Below, piece after piece: positions 1-11,300 of a stretch of 64,000 bases of DNA. This stretch comes from Verrucomicrobiota bacterium (GTDB taxonomy: Bacteria; Verrucomicrobiota; Verrucomicrobiia; Limisphaerales; UBA9464), in NCBI GenBank assembly GCA_046346705.1, contig JAXMHR010000001.1:139426-203425 (forward strand), read 5' to 3'. The stretch's first letter is position 1, and the number at the start of each line of letters is the position of its first letter. Both the position numbers and the translations under genes were made by a program. The notes beneath the pieces were generated by a model, which worked only from the letters and a program-made list of their open reading frames with translations, searched no databases and was not told the DNA's origin.

Positions 1-2241
1 ATCAACACCATCGCTCCCGGTTTCGATGCCTCGACCAAGCCGTGGCCGACATCACCCTCGAACCGGGGCATTCGAACACCGATCTTTCAGGGGGTGGGCA
101 CCAACCTACACCGGGCGGGTCTATGGTCAAGCCCAGGATCTGACGACCTGCTGGTCACCATCCACGTCGAAGACTCCACCTACAACGAGGGCCAGTGCGG
201 ATTCCTTTCCTTCAGCCGCGCCGGCACCTCCGGGGTCACCGACGTCACGATCGACAATTACTTCGCGGCGGCTGCGGATCCGAATGCCTCCCTCGCCCCA
301 GTCATTCCTCCCTCGCTCCCCGGAACACCGACCGTGGTGAGCCGGACGCCCGCGAAGCGGTTCGCGAACTTCCATCCGGCGGCCGACGGGATCCGGTTTC
401 AGGCCCAGACGTTCGGTACCACGCAGATCGATGCGGCGGCGACGCGGCTCTACTTGAACGGCATCGATTCCTCGGCCGCACTGGCGCCTCTGCCTCCCAA
501 CGGCACATCCGCCACGTTCGCCACCAAGGCGGGGACTCTGGCCCCCAATACGGTATATGCGGCGCGGATTGAACTGCAGGATACCACGGGCGCATTCCAC
601 TCCATTCACACCTTCTGGTTCGACACGTTCACCGACGCCTATGTCGGCGCTCTGCCCGTCCGAACCATCGAGGTTGAGGACTACAACTATTCCGACGGTC
701 TCTTCCAGTCGGGGGTGATTCCGGTTTCTGGAATCGACGAAAACGGTGCGGTGATCGGCAGCCCGGGTAATGGCTACTACAACACCCTCGGCACGCCCGA
801 GGTGGATTTCTCCAAGCCGGGCGGGAGCTATCACTCCCAATTGTCCGAGTACCGCCCCGACGACCGAGTGCAGATCACCCAGGGTTCGACCATCACAGCA
901 GGTCGTGACGAGGCGGGCGACATCGCTGATGCCGTCACCACTTCGACCGACCCCTATCGCATCCATGACACCCAGCGGTCGCAATACCGGACGGCAAAGG
1001 TTTGGGAATACCAAGTCCGGGCAACCTCGCCCGGGGATTGGATGAACTACACCCGCGAATTCGCCTCCGGGAACTACAATGTCTACCTGCGCTGCGGCAG
1101 CTTCGGTTCCACGGAGGTGAATCTCGATCAGGTGACCAGCGATCCCAAGGTGCAAAACCAGACCACCAAGCGCCTCGGCACATTCTCGGTCCCCAATCAC
1201 TTCATGCGGCTGAACTACGCCTATGAGCCACTGATGGCCGATGGGAAGCCGGCCGTTCTCAATCTTTCCGGTGAAACCACGCTGCGTCTGACCCTGGCGG
1301 GAGTCACTGGCAAGGATGAGCGGACGGTCTCGCTGGACTATTTGCTGCTGGTGCCGGTGGCCAAAACCGACACCACGACGGTCTTCGACGACTTCAACGA
1401 CGGAACCGACACCGCCGACCCGGCCTGGCAGCATTACGATCCGATCGGCGGCCTCACGGCGCCCCCGGCCCAATTCCTCTTCCCCGATGGACATTATCAG
1501 ATCATCGCCCCCGCCCAGCAGGATCCCAACTGCCAGGCCGGACCCGCCCGGGCCGGCAGCTTCCTAAAGGACCGGCCCTATTCCGACTTCGAAGTGTCGG
1601 TCGACCTCGTGAACTTTGACGACACCCTCCGGCAGGCGATCGGCATCGGCGCCCGCATCGTCACTCCGGGACTGGGAACCACGGGCGGCTACCTCGCCTC
1701 CTGGGAACCCGGTGGTGGCTCGCTTCCGGGCGAGAGCAATGGCGATCTCGACATCTCCATCCTCGTGAACGAGGAGGCGGTGAAACAGATCGAGACGGCT
1801 CCCAGCGGATTGCACCTCCAGAAGGGCAAGAGCTATCGCTTCGTGTTCCGGGGCGTCGGCAACAACTTCGAATTCCGGGTCTATGACCTCGCGAACCTGG
1901 ATGCGCCGCTTATCGTCCTTCCGGGCACCGATCCCGACAACACCTACACCTCGGGACTCGTAGGCCTGATCGTCGCCAGCAACGGGGTCTGCGAAACGGG
2001 CGCCGACGCCACCTGGGACAACTTCCTGGTCCGCCTCCCACCCGCGCAACTGTCCATCCAACTGGACGGATCCAACGCCAATCTGTCGTGGCCGGTGGTG
2101 CCGTCCACGCTGCAGTCGAGTCCGAGCCTGACGAGCCCGCAGTGGTCGGACATCACGAACGGCATCACCGAGTCCAATGGTGAGAACCACTACTCAGCGC
2201 CGGTGTCCGGCACCCTGTACTACCGACTTCTCCAGCCGTAA
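1..2241 (+). CDS. Large secreted multidomain protein, 5' end outside the window (LamG/DUF1080-like plus CBM-like modules, C-terminal 'YYRL' module)
   Basis: Frame 1 is open from base 1, with no stop before the GTG at 94 used by the ORF track, so the gene probably starts upstream. 'IEVEDYNYSDG' resembles CBM6/35-type modules. 'TIDNYF' and 'ATWDNFLV' resemble ends of LamG/DUF1080-type domains. It ends in a ~65-aa module, '...LSWP...LQSSPSL..PQWSD...LYYRLLQP'. A strong terminator follows. Confidence 0.6.
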   Translation: MNTIAPGFDASTKPWPTSPSNRGIRTPIFQGVGTNLHRAGLWSSPGSDDLLVTIHVEDSTYNEGQCGFLSFSRAGTSGVTDVTIDNYFAAAADPNASLAPVIPPSLPGTPTVVSRTPAKRFANFHPAADGIRFQAQTFGTTQIDAAATRLYLNGIDSSAALAPLPPNGTSATFATKAGTLAPNTVYAARIELQDTTGAFHSIHTFWFDTFTDAYVGALPVRTIEVEDYNYSDGLFQSGVIPVSGIDENGAVIGSPGNGYYNTLGTPEVDFSKPGGSYHSQLSEYRPDDRVQITQGSTITAGRDEAGDIADAVTTSTDPYRIHDTQRSQYRTAKVWEYQVRATSPGDWMNYTREFASGNYNVYLRCGSFGSTEVNLDQVTSDPKVQNQTTKRLGTFSVPNHFMRLNYAYEPLMADGKPAVLNLSGETTLRLTLAGVTGKDERTVSLDYLLLVPVAKTDTTTVFDDFNDGTDTADPAWQHYDPIGGLTAPPAQFLFPDGHYQIIAPAQQDPNCQAGPARAGSFLKDRPYSDFEVSVDLVNFDDTLRQAIGIGARIVTPGLGTTGGYLASWEPGGGSLPGESNGDLDISILVNEEAVKQIETAPSGLHLQKGKSYRFVFRGVGNNFEFRVYDLANLDAPLIVLPGTDPDNTYTSGLVGLIVASNGVCETGADATWDNFLVRLPPAQLSIQLDGSNANLSWPVVPSTLQSSPSLTSPQWSDITNGITESNGENHYSAPVSGTLYYRLLQP

Positions 2242-2260
2242 TCGGAGCAGAGGTTTCAAC

Positions 2261-2298
2261 GCAGCCGGTTCCTTCGGGAGCCGGCTGCGTTTTTGTTT
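2261..2298 (+). terminator. Rho-independent terminator (12-bp stem, UUCG loop, T-tract)
   Basis: GCAGCCGGTTCC-TTCG-GGAGCCGGCTGC followed by GTTTTTGTTT, 20 nt after the stop at 2241. The T-tract is present only on the + strand. Confidence 0.8.
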
Positions 2299-2316
2299 CG
2301 CCAGGTCGAATCCGGA

Positions 2317-3393
2317 TCAACGAAGTTGCGAGGCCACCGCCTCTCCAAGGCGGACCGCCTCGCGCACGGGAAGCCTGGAGACAGCCTGGCGCAATGGATC
2401 CTGATGATAGGAAGCGGCGCGGAGTTCCAGCTGGTGGCCAACGACCCGGGCGTACGCGGCCACCGGGGCCTGGCATCCACCGCCCATGGCCGACAGGAAG
2501 GCGCGTTCCGCGGTCACCGCCTGGAAGGTGTTCAGGTGATTCAGAGCGGCGCAGAGCGAGGCGATTTCGGGATCGGCGTTCCGGATTTCCAGCGCGATCG
2601 CCCCCTGCCCCACCGCCGGAAGCATTTCCTCAGGCTCCAGGATGTACCCGAGCAATCCCGTCGGAGGCGGAGTGAGTTCCGCGCGCCGGGTCGCCGGCAG
2701 ACGGGGATCCAGCCGCAGCACGCCGCGGGGTCCGAGGTCAAAATGGAGGCGAAGCAGTCCCGCGGCCGCCAGCAAAGTGGCGTCCAACTCCCATTGGTCC
2801 CGCACCTTCTGCAACCGGGTGCCGAGATTGCCCCGGATGGGAACCACTTCGACGTCCGGACGCATCGACCGGATCTGGGCGGCGCGACGGGGACTGCTCG
2901 TCGCGACCACGGCGCCCTTGGGAAGCGCTGAAACTCCGGCGCGCGGACGCCCGAAATACGGCTGACGACGACCCGGACTCCAGTCCTCGGGGGGACGGAC
3001 GGTTTCCAGGAACTCAGGATACTCCGAGTCGCGGTACAGCAGGACCTCCCGCGGATCCGCACGAGGCGGCGTCGCCGCCAGCACCAGGCCTTCGGGGAGT
3101 TCCGTCGGCAGATCCTTGAGGCTGTGAACGGCGATGTCCGCGGTCCGCTCCAGCAAGGCCACTTCCAGTTCCTTGGTGAACAAGCCGCGAGGCGTGGACG
3201 CGGCGGAATCCGAGGGATTCGCACTCTGCAGTTGGTCCCCGGTGGTCCGGATCACCCGGGTTTCAAACCGGCGGTGCGGGAACAATGCCTGAAGGTTCGA
3301 GCGAATTCCCTCGGTCTGGGCCAGAGCGAGCGCCGAACCCCGGGTGGCGAGTACGACGGGTCGGGAATCGGGATCGGAATGGGATGAAGCCAT
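2317..3393 (-). CDS. hemC: Hydroxymethylbilane synthase (porphobilinogen deaminase)
   Basis: 358 aa. 'VLATRGSALALAQTE', 'RVIRTTGDQ', 'VATSSPRRAAQI', 'IRGNLGTRLQK' and 'MGGGCQAPVAAYA' match HemC hallmarks. It lies directly downstream of hemA. Confidence 0.9.
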   Translation of the reverse strand: MASSHSDPDSRPVVLATRGSALALAQTEGIRSNLQALFPHRRFETRVIRTTGDQLQSANPSDSAASTPRGLFTKELEVALLERTADIAVHSLKDLPTELPEGLVLAATPPRADPREVLLYRDSEYPEFLETVRPPEDWSPGRRQPYFGRPRAGVSALPKGAVVATSSPRRAAQIRSMRPDVEVVPIRGNLGTRLQKVRDQWELDATLLAAAGLLRLHFDLGPRGVLRLDPRLPATRRAELTPPPTGLLGYILEPEEMLPAVGQGAIALEIRNADPEIASLCAALNHLNTFQAVTAERAFLSAMGGGCQAPVAAYARVVGHQLELRAASYHQDPLRQAVSRLPVREAVRLGEAVASQLR

Positions 3394-3411
3394 GCGGGAA
3401 AAAAGTCCGGC

Positions 3412-4470
3412 TTACTCAAACACCCAGCGACTCGGAACGATGGCCGCCGGGCCGAGGCCGTGGATCAGGGCTTGGACGCGCTCACGGATGATCTCCTCGC
3501 AGCGGGCCAGCTCCTCCTTCCGGTTGCGCACGTGTTCGTCGGCGATGGCCTGGAGGTCATCCACATTGGCGAGGAATACGCCATCAAGACGCTTCACCTC
3601 GGGATCAATGTCCCGCGGCACCGCCAGATCCACCAGCAACAGCGGGCGGGCGGGCCGACGTGCCAGCAGGCGCTGGAGTCGGGGAAAATCCAGGATGAAG
3701 TGGGGGGCGCTGGTGCTGCTGATGATGATGTCGAGCCGGCCAAACTCCTGCTCCCACTCGTCGAAATGAATGGCGCGTCCGCCCAGTTCCTCCGCCAGAG
3801 CCGCCGCGCGATCCCAGGACCGGTTGCTGACAATGACCGAATGGGCACCGCGGGACAGTAGGGCGCGCGCGGTCTTCTCGGAGGTGTCGCCGGCCCCGAT
3901 GACCATGACCTGGCGGTCGGACAGTCGGTCGAAGATCTTTTCCGCAAGGTCCACCGCCACGGACGCCACGCTGGTGTTTCCGCGCTGAATCTGGGTCTCG
4001 CTCCGGACCTTCTTGGCCGCCGCGAACGCCGTCTGGAACACCTTGTTGAGAATGCGTCCGGTGGATCCCGCCTCCAGCGCGACCGCATACGCCTGCTTCA
4101 ACTGCCCCAGGATTTCTGTTTCTCCGAGCACGAGGGAATCAAGTCCGCTGGCCACCCGGAACAGGTGTTCTGCGGCCGCCACGCCCCCAAGGCCGTACAA
4201 TTGTCGGCCGCACGGCTCGAGCACTCCGCGGTCCTGGAGAAAGAACTCCCGGAGGATCGGGGCGACCTCGGCGGCCGGGCGACCCGAAGCAACGTAAAGT
4301 TCCACCCGGTTGCACGTGGAAACGAGGACTGCCTCCTCTGCGAGACCGGTCTTCCGGACGCGCTCCAGCATCGCGGGCACCTCCGGCGCGCTGCACGCAA
4401 ACCGCTCCCGGAGCTCCACCGGGGCGGAGTGATGGCTCACCCCAAGGACGATGAGGTTCGCTTTGTTCAC
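3412..4470 (-). CDS. hemA: Glutamyl-tRNA reductase
   Basis: 352 aa with a GTG start. 'LGVSHHSAPVELRE', 'STCNRVELY', 'GETEILGQ' and the NAD-binding 'VMVIGAGDTSE' are present. GTGA start/stop overlap with the upstream ccsA-like gene. Confidence 0.9.
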   Translation of the reverse strand: MNKANLIVLGVSHHSAPVELRERFACSAPEVPAMLERVRKTGLAEEAVLVSTCNRVELYVASGRPAAEVAPILREFFLQDRGVLEPCGRQLYGLGGVAAAEHLFRVASGLDSLVLGETEILGQLKQAYAVALEAGSTGRILNKVFQTAFAAAKKVRSETQIQRGNTSVASVAVDLAEKIFDRLSDRQVMVIGAGDTSEKTARALLSRGAHSVIVSNRSWDRAAALAEELGGRAIHFDEWEQEFGRLDIIISSTSAPHFILDFPRLQRLLARRPARPLLLVDLAVPRDIDPEVKRLDGVFLANVDDLQAIADEHVRNRKEELARCEEIIRERVQALIHGLGPAAIVPSRWVFE

Positions 4471-5288
4471 GGATTATGGATGGTGGACGGAAGATTGGTT
4501 CCCCAAAACGTGAGCAGCACGAAGACAAAGGCGCCGATCACGCTCCACGCAAAGCGCCGTCCCACCGCCCGCAGCCGGTCGTGCAGGCCCAGCAATGCCC
4601 CATAGGCGACCCAAACCACGAGGGACCAGATCAGTTTCGGATCCGAAACAAAGAAGGTTCCGCGTTCCTGATGCAAATACCAGGTACCCACCGCGAGCCC
4701 CAACGTAAGCAGCGTAAATCCTGCGATGACCAGTCCCGTGGTGACCCGCTCCAATCTCTGGATCGGAGGCAGGAGGGCCAGTACGGCGCGGGTCTTGTTG
4801 AATTTGAGGTTGTGCTCCTGGGAGAGATACATCAGCGCGGCCACCGCGCTCAGGCCAAAGGCCCCGTAGGCCAGCAGGACCAGGGCGGCGTGCAGGCTTT
4901 CCCAACCGTGGACAAAGGCGGGACGCGGCCCCCGTTCGTCGAGCAGCGGGAACAATCCAAAGACTCCGAAGGCGAACAGCAGCGGGGACACCATCACCCC
5001 CAGAAACCGCAATCGCCGCCAAATCCCCAGCAACAGGAAGGCGGCGACGATGGTCCACGCAATGAACATCGTGGCCTCGAACAAATTGTTGATCGGACAG
5101 CGGTCGATCGAGAACCCGCGCTGCAACATGGCCACCGTATGCAGGATGGCCCCGGTGGCCAGGAGGGCATACAGCGTCCAGTCGTCCCGACGAAATCCGC
5201 GGCGCCACAGAAGCACCGAATAGGCCGCCCCGACGCCGTAACAGATCACGGCGAGGGCGAACCACTGGCGATCCGTGAACCCAAGCAT
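4467..5288 (-). CDS. Cytochrome c assembly protein family membrane protein (CcsA/HemX-like)
   Basis: 273 aa, polytopic and hydrophobic, Trp-rich C-terminal helices ('WSLVVWVAYG', 'FWGTN'). Its position next to hemA resembles Bacillus hemX. Confidence 0.6.
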   Translation of the reverse strand: MLGFTDRQWFALAVICYGVGAAYSVLLWRRGFRRDDWTLYALLATGAILHTVAMLQRGFSIDRCPINNLFEATMFIAWTIVAAFLLLGIWRRLRFLGVMVSPLLFAFGVFGLFPLLDERGPRPAFVHGWESLHAALVLLAYGAFGLSAVAALMYLSQEHNLKFNKTRAVLALLPPIQRLERVTTGLVIAGFTLLTLGLAVGTWYLHQERGTFFVSDPKLIWSLVVWVAYGALLGLHDRLRAVGRRFAWSVIGAFVFVLLTFWGTNLPSTIHNP

Positions 5289-5360
5289 GCCCCGAGATTA
5301 CGAAACAGCCGCCGGATGTCCATGCACAGCCTTGTCCCCGCCGGCGCCGACAGGATTCCC

Positions 5361-7064
5361 TCAATAACCTGAAGCCTGACCGTCCTTCCGGGATTCACTG
5401 GCACCGATCCAAACGCGGTTCGTGGAATTCCACCGCACGGCCTGGAAGCCGCCATACATCTCCCCGCGACGAACCACCACCCGGTGCCCCCGCCGTTCGA
5501 GTTCCTCAAGGCTCGCCTGGGGAAACCCAGGTTCCACGTAAACCGTTCCCCCATCGCTCATCACATGCCCGTCGGCATCACTCGAACCGGTGTGATAGAT
5601 CCGGGGCGCATCGCCCGCCGCCTGGAGGCTCATCCCGTGGTCGAGCAGATTGACGAGCACCTGGACGTGTCCCTGCGGCTGCATGTCGCCGCCCATCAGC
5701 CCGAAGGCCATTTCCGGTTCCCCCGCCCGCGTCACAAATCCGGGGATGATGGTGTGAAAGGGACGCTTCCGCGGCGCGTATGAATTCGGGCGTCCGGGCG
5801 TCAGGTCAAAGGCCTCCCCGCGATCCTGAAGCGCAAACCCCAGACCGGGTGGGACCATCCCACTGCCCATTCCCCGATAGTTGCTTTGGATCCAGGACAC
5901 CATCATTCCCCGGCTGTCCGCAGCACAGAGATAGATGGTGTCACTCGTCTTGAGAGCCGGAATCCCCGGCTCATCGAGAACCGCGGCCTTCGACGAATCG
6001 ATCCGCTTCCGCTGTCGTTCCGCATAGGCCGTCGAGGCCAATTCGGCCACCGGCGTCCGGAAGAAATCCGGATCCGCGTACAGGCGCGCGCGATCCCCAT
6101 AGGCGAGCTTCTTGGATTCGATGAGCCAGTGCATGGCGTCGGCACTTCCAAATCCGGCGCCCCTCACGTCAAAGCCTTCAAGCAGGTTCAGCATTTCCAA
6201 CACGGCCAGGCCCTGCCCGTTGGGAGGAAGCTCCCAGACGTCGGCTCCCCGATACCGCGTGGCGATCGGCTCCACCCACGACGACGCGTGATCCGCCAGG
6301 TCGTCCTCACCCAGAAAGCCGCCCTGAGATCGCACAAAGGACGCGATGGTTGCCGCCACCGGACCGCGATAAAAGGCGTCCCGTCCCCCGGCGGCAATCC
6401 GCTCGTAGGTCGCGGCCAGTTGAGGATTTCGAAACCGTTCACCAAACCTCGGTGCGCGGCCTTCCACGCCGTAAACCTCGAGCACGTTCGGATACTTCCC
6501 GATCAACCGCAGGTTCCGTTCCCAGGCATCGGCGATGATCTCGGAAACGGGAAACCCCAACCGGGCGTAGGCAATGGCGGGCGCCAGGTTGGACGCCATC
6601 GGTCGGCGCCCGAACTTCGCGTGGAGCGCAAACCATCCATCCACACAACCCGGCACGGTGACCGGCAGCGGACCGAAGGAAGGCATGAAGGCCAGTCCCT
6701 GACGCTGGAGTTCCTCCAAGGTCAGACGCTGCGGGGAACGACCACTGGCGTTCAGTCCGTGGAGTCTCCGCGTTTCGGGATCCCAGACGAGCGCGAACAA
6801 ATCGCCCCCGATTCCGCAACTCACAGGCTCCATCAATCCCAGACACGCGTTCGCAGCAATGGCGGCGTCCACGGCGGTCCCACCCGCCTTGAGCACGTCG
6901 AGTCCGGCCTGGGTCGCCAGGGGATGACTCGTGCAGACCATCCCTTGCGGAGCCAGCACCTCCGAACGGGTGGTGAATGGACCTGGGACGGGGCGCAGGG
7001 AATCCGCTCCCACACCCGCCACGGACAGGATGGCGAGAACACAGAAGGCGATCCTGGAATCCAT
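5361..7064 (-). CDS. ggt: Gamma-glutamyltransferase
   Basis: 567 aa with a signal peptide. 'AGGTAVDAAIAANACLGLMEP', the autoprocessing-site context 'SDTIYLCAAD' and 'GLMGGDMQPQGH' are typical of GGT. Confidence 0.85.
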   Translation of the reverse strand: MDSRIAFCVLAILSVAGVGADSLRPVPGPFTTRSEVLAPQGMVCTSHPLATQAGLDVLKAGGTAVDAAIAANACLGLMEPVSCGIGGDLFALVWDPETRRLHGLNASGRSPQRLTLEELQRQGLAFMPSFGPLPVTVPGCVDGWFALHAKFGRRPMASNLAPAIAYARLGFPVSEIIADAWERNLRLIGKYPNVLEVYGVEGRAPRFGERFRNPQLAATYERIAAGGRDAFYRGPVAATIASFVRSQGGFLGEDDLADHASSWVEPIATRYRGADVWELPPNGQGLAVLEMLNLLEGFDVRGAGFGSADAMHWLIESKKLAYGDRARLYADPDFFRTPVAELASTAYAERQRKRIDSSKAAVLDEPGIPALKTSDTIYLCAADSRGMMVSWIQSNYRGMGSGMVPPGLGFALQDRGEAFDLTPGRPNSYAPRKRPFHTIIPGFVTRAGEPEMAFGLMGGDMQPQGHVQVLVNLLDHGMSLQAAGDAPRIYHTGSSDADGHVMSDGGTVYVEPGFPQASLEELERRGHRVVVRRGEMYGGFQAVRWNSTNRVWIGASESRKDGQASGY

Positions 7065-7109
7065 GACGGGTTCCTATCAGGAGCACCCCGTGACCGCACG
7101 CCCGAACGG

Positions 7110-8003
7110 TCAGGGTTCCGAGCGCACCGACGTGTGATCCGACATGAAGATCATGTCCCGGTTGCCCTTGGACGGAACCACCAGCGTCATGGACTTCATC
7201 AGGACCGGCTTCACCGTCCGGTCATCCACCCATTTGTGAACCTCCGCGTGCCCGTCGCCGAAGCTCATGCCCCCGGCCCGGTTGTGGTTGCTCGCGGGAT
7301 AATCGATGATGTAAATCGCATCCGGGGAAACCCCGTCGTTCATGGCCACCGCAAAGTCCCCGAAATTCAGGCTGTCCGGATGTTCGTCGATGAACACGAA
7401 CGCCTGGGAGGCCCCCATTCTGGAAAGATCCGTCAGCTTCCGAAAGACGATGTACGGCTTGTGGGTGAGGTAGCTGAGCCAGTCATTCCGGGAATTCATC
7501 GCCTGGCTGAGTGACAGGCTGCGCACCCTCGGAAAGCGACGGCCGCCGGAGACCACATAGCTCCGGTCTCCCGGGCACTTGTAGATGCCGACCGACTGCG
7601 TGTAGGGGGCCAGCTTGGCGTAATTGGGATCGAGCAGGTTGGCCAAATTGGTGTTGTGAGGATTGGCGCCGTTGTAGTCCAGAATCCCCCGGACCCAGCC
7701 CGATCCGGTGGGGGTGAGATCATTCCAGACGAGGTCATCCTGGTGATCTCCAGCGTACAGCGTCCAGGCCAGGGTCAACTGGCGCTGGTTACTCAGACAC
7801 TGGATACCCTGGGCCTTCGTTTTGGATTTCCCAAGGGCAGGGAGGAGCATGCCCGCCAGAATGGCGATGATCGCGACAACAACGAGCAACTCGATGAGCG
7901 TGAAGGCGCGTCCGGGTCTCCACCCCCTCCGCCCCCCGGCGGGAACCGCAATCGTCAATGCAGGCCACAAGCCGACGAAATTCGATGGCTTGCTGACCCT
8001 CAC
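7110..8003 (-). CDS. Prepilin-type N-terminal cleavage/methylation domain protein, H-X9-DG family (DUF1559-like)
   Basis: 'AFTLIELLVVVAIIAILAGMLLPAL' is a class III signal / pseudopilin helix. The C-terminal 'HNRAGGMSFGDGH' fits H-X9-DG exactly. The leader before the cleavage motif is unusually long (~33 aa) if the ATG at 8003 is used. Confidence 0.8.
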   Translation of the reverse strand: MRVSKPSNFVGLWPALTIAVPAGGRRGWRPGRAFTLIELLVVVAIIAILAGMLLPALGKSKTKAQGIQCLSNQRQLTLAWTLYAGDHQDDLVWNDLTPTGSGWVRGILDYNGANPHNTNLANLLDPNYAKLAPYTQSVGIYKCPGDRSYVVSGGRRFPRVRSLSLSQAMNSRNDWLSYLTHKPYIVFRKLTDLSRMGASQAFVFIDEHPDSLNFGDFAVAMNDGVSPDAIYIIDYPASNHNRAGGMSFGDGHAEVHKWVDDRTVKPVLMKSMTLVVPSKGNRDMIFMSDHTSVRSEP

Positions 8004-8299
8004 GTGCCGGTATCTACCGGGGAATCACGCCGCTGGCAACGCCCGCCGCACCGTGATAGGTCCGTTCGGAGCCCGGCCATACGGTCTCCCCGGATAAATC
8101 CGCGCTGGAATCCCAGGGGACCTCGTCGCGTTGCAGTCGGCGTACGCAACCCATCGGGCTTCCGTTGGGCGTCCACCTCCAGACCGATCCGGCGTAACCC
8201 CTTTTTCCGGGTGCGTTCGCCTTGACGCAGGCAGGGACCTCCAACCGTCCGGCACCCCGACTCGTCACGACGACAAGAGTCAGCGGGGATTTTTTGAAA

Positions 8300-8344
8300 A
8301 ATAGGTAAGCTTCCAGATTGAATCGGCGTTAATGCTTACCTATT
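8300..8344. promoter_or_regulatory. 11-bp perfect inverted repeat in an AT-rich island (candidate operator or leader hairpin)
   Basis: AATAGGTAAGC (8300-8310) and GCTTACCTATT (8334-8344), 23-nt spacer. It sits in a locally AT-rich stretch between two divergent genes. Confidence 0.4.
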
Positions 8345-11300
8345 ATCACAGATACAACACAGCCCCGTCAGCAAAGGCTCCTGCTCTTTTCGACGAAGCG
8401 TCGAAGTTGGTTTCAACCCGGAATCCCATGAACTTCGCATCCCCATCGGCCCACCACACTCCGATCAGAATTCCCGCATGCTGGATCCTGCTATTCTCCC
8501 TGCTCCAGGGGGTTCCGCGGATCGCGGCCGATCAAACCTTGGTTCCCTCGGGGGCAATTTGGAAATATCTCGACACCGGAGCGAGCCTAGGGACGACGTG
8601 GCGGAACCTTACCTTTGACGACTCGGGATGGAAATGGGGCCCCGCGCAACTGGGCTACGGGGACGGGGACGAAGCGACCCTTGTAAGCTATGGTCCGAAT
8701 GCTTCGGCCAAATTCATCACCACCTACTTTCGAAAGACTTTCTCCGTGGCGGATGCGTCCCTGTTTTCCAACCTCGCGCTCCGGGTACTCCGGGATGACG
8801 GCGTCATTATCCATCTGAACGGGACGGAGATTTACCGCAACAACATGCCCGCGGGCACGGTGACCGGCGCCACGCTTGCCTCCACGGGCATCAGCGGCTT
8901 GGAGGAATCCACGGCGTTTCTCTCAGCAACTTTGGGAACGGGCACGCTCGTTTCTGGGAACAACGTCTTGGCGGTGGAGATCCACCAGAGCAGCGGGACC
9001 AGTTCCGACATCAGTTTCGACCTGGAATTGGTGGGCATCACACCGGCCCGTCCGTCCATCACCCGGGGTCCCTATCTCCAGAAGGCCACGTCGGATTCCA
9101 TGACAGTCCGTTGGAGGACGAGTCAACCCACAGACACCCGGTTGACCTATGGGACGAATACGCCTCCCGGACAGGTGCTCACGGTTCCGGACTCCACGAC
9201 CGAACATGCGGTTACCCTGACCGGACTCATTCCCAACGCCCTGTACTACTACGCGGTGGGGGACTCCGCTGGCATTCTCGCCTCCGGGAGCGACTACCTG
9301 TTCTACACCGCGCCGCCGACGGGAACGATTCAACCCATGCGGTTCTGGGTCCTCGGCGACGCTGGAACCGGAAGTTCCGGGCAATTGGCTGTTCGCAACG
9401 CATTCTACCAGCAAACCGGCGGACGCTACACGGATCTCATCCTCCTCCTCGGGGACAACGCCTACAACACCGGGACCGACGCCGAATACCAATCCAAGGT
9501 CTTCGACGTCTATGGTTCCATTTTCCGTTCCACCGCCAGCTTCTCGGTCGTTGGAAACCACGATACCGCGCAACTGGCCAATCCCGACCTGGCGACCACG
9601 CCCTACTTCCAAATCTTCAACCCGCCCATGGCAGGCGAGGGAGGCGGCGTGGCGTCCGGAAGTCCCAAATACTATTCGTTCAACTACGGAAACGTACATT
9701 TCGTCTGCCTGGATTCCATGACCTCCGACCGGACCCCGTCGGGACCCATGCTCACCTGGCTGCAGCAGGACCTGGAACAAAACTCCGCCGACTGGCTGAT
9801 CGCGCTGTTCCATCATCCCCCCTATTCCAAGGGTTCGCACGATTCCGACAATCCTCTGGCGGACGGTGGCCGGATGACCGAGATGCGCGCCAACGCGCTC
9901 CCCATTCTGGAGGCCAACGGTGTGGATCTTGTGCTGAGCGGCCATAGCCACAGCTACGAACGCTCGTTCCTGCTCGACCAACACTACGGCATCTCGACAA
10001 CCCTCACGTCCTCGATGATTCTGGACTCCGGAAGCGGCCGCGAATCGGAGACCGGTGCCTATTCCAAGGCAGGAGGCGGACCCGTTCCCAACCAAGGCGC
10101 GGTCTACGTGGTCACCGGAAGCGCCGGTCAGATCGCCGGAGGCACCCTGAATCACCCGGCCATGTTTATTTCCCTCGACGAACTCGGATCCTTCATCGTG
10201 GACGTTCATGGCCCACGCCTCGACGCCCGTTTTCTGACCAGCGCGGGTACGACGAACGACTCCTTCACCCTGGTCAAGGACCCGCCAGCCAACCTGCCGC
10301 CCTCGGTGCTCCTCAACTCGCCCACGGAGGGTGCCAGCGTCACCGAGGGGTCCCCATTAACCCTGAGCGCTGCCACCCTGGACAGCGATGGCACGGTGAC
10401 CTCCGTGGCTTTTCAAGTGGACGGGATCCCGCTGACCACTGATCTGGACGTCCCTTTCTCGACACTCTGGACCGCAACAGGCGTCGGACAGCATCTCCTG
10501 AGCGCAGTCGCGACCGATAACTCAGGTGGACAAACGGTATCGGCATCCGTGTCCATTACAGTAATACCCCGCCCACCTCCCGCGGCCCCGACCGACCTGC
10601 AGATAGCCGCCGTACTCGCGAATCGCGTCGATCTCGGTTGGATCGACCGTTCGTCGGACGAAACGCAATTCCAAGTGGAGCGTTCGCTGGATGGAGCGGA
10701 CTTCGCTGAAATTGGAACAGCCCCCCAGGACGGGACCGCCTTTGCAGACACAACCGTCCTCCCAGCCAACCTTTATTTCTATCGTGTCCGGGCGTTGGGT
10801 CCCGGCGGGTACTCCACCTACTCCCCCACCGCGTCCACGACGACACCCCCGGTTCCTCCCCTTGCCCCAAGCAATTTGACGGCCCTTCCTTCGGGTTCCA
10901 CCGCGGTCAACCTGCGATGGATGGACAACGCCACCAATGAAACCGGTTTCCGGGTAGAGCGGTCGCCCAATGGAGTGGATTGGACCGGAGTCGCCTCCCC
11001 AGGGACCGATTCCACCAGCTATACGGACTCAGCCGGACTGAAGCCCGGATCCACCTACTGGTACAAGGTTCGCGCCTTCAATTCGGCGGGAGACTCCTCC
11101 GATGCAACTCCGGTCTCCGTCACCCTTCCGGTCACGCTTCCTGCCGCGCCCTCCAGCCTAACCGCACGGGCGTACGCCTCCAATTCCATCTATCTGACCT
11201 GGATCGACACCGCGAACAACGAGTCGGGATTTCTAGTGGAGCGCTCCACCAATGCCGTGGACTGGGTGCAAATCCGAACGCTCAGTGCCGACACGACGAA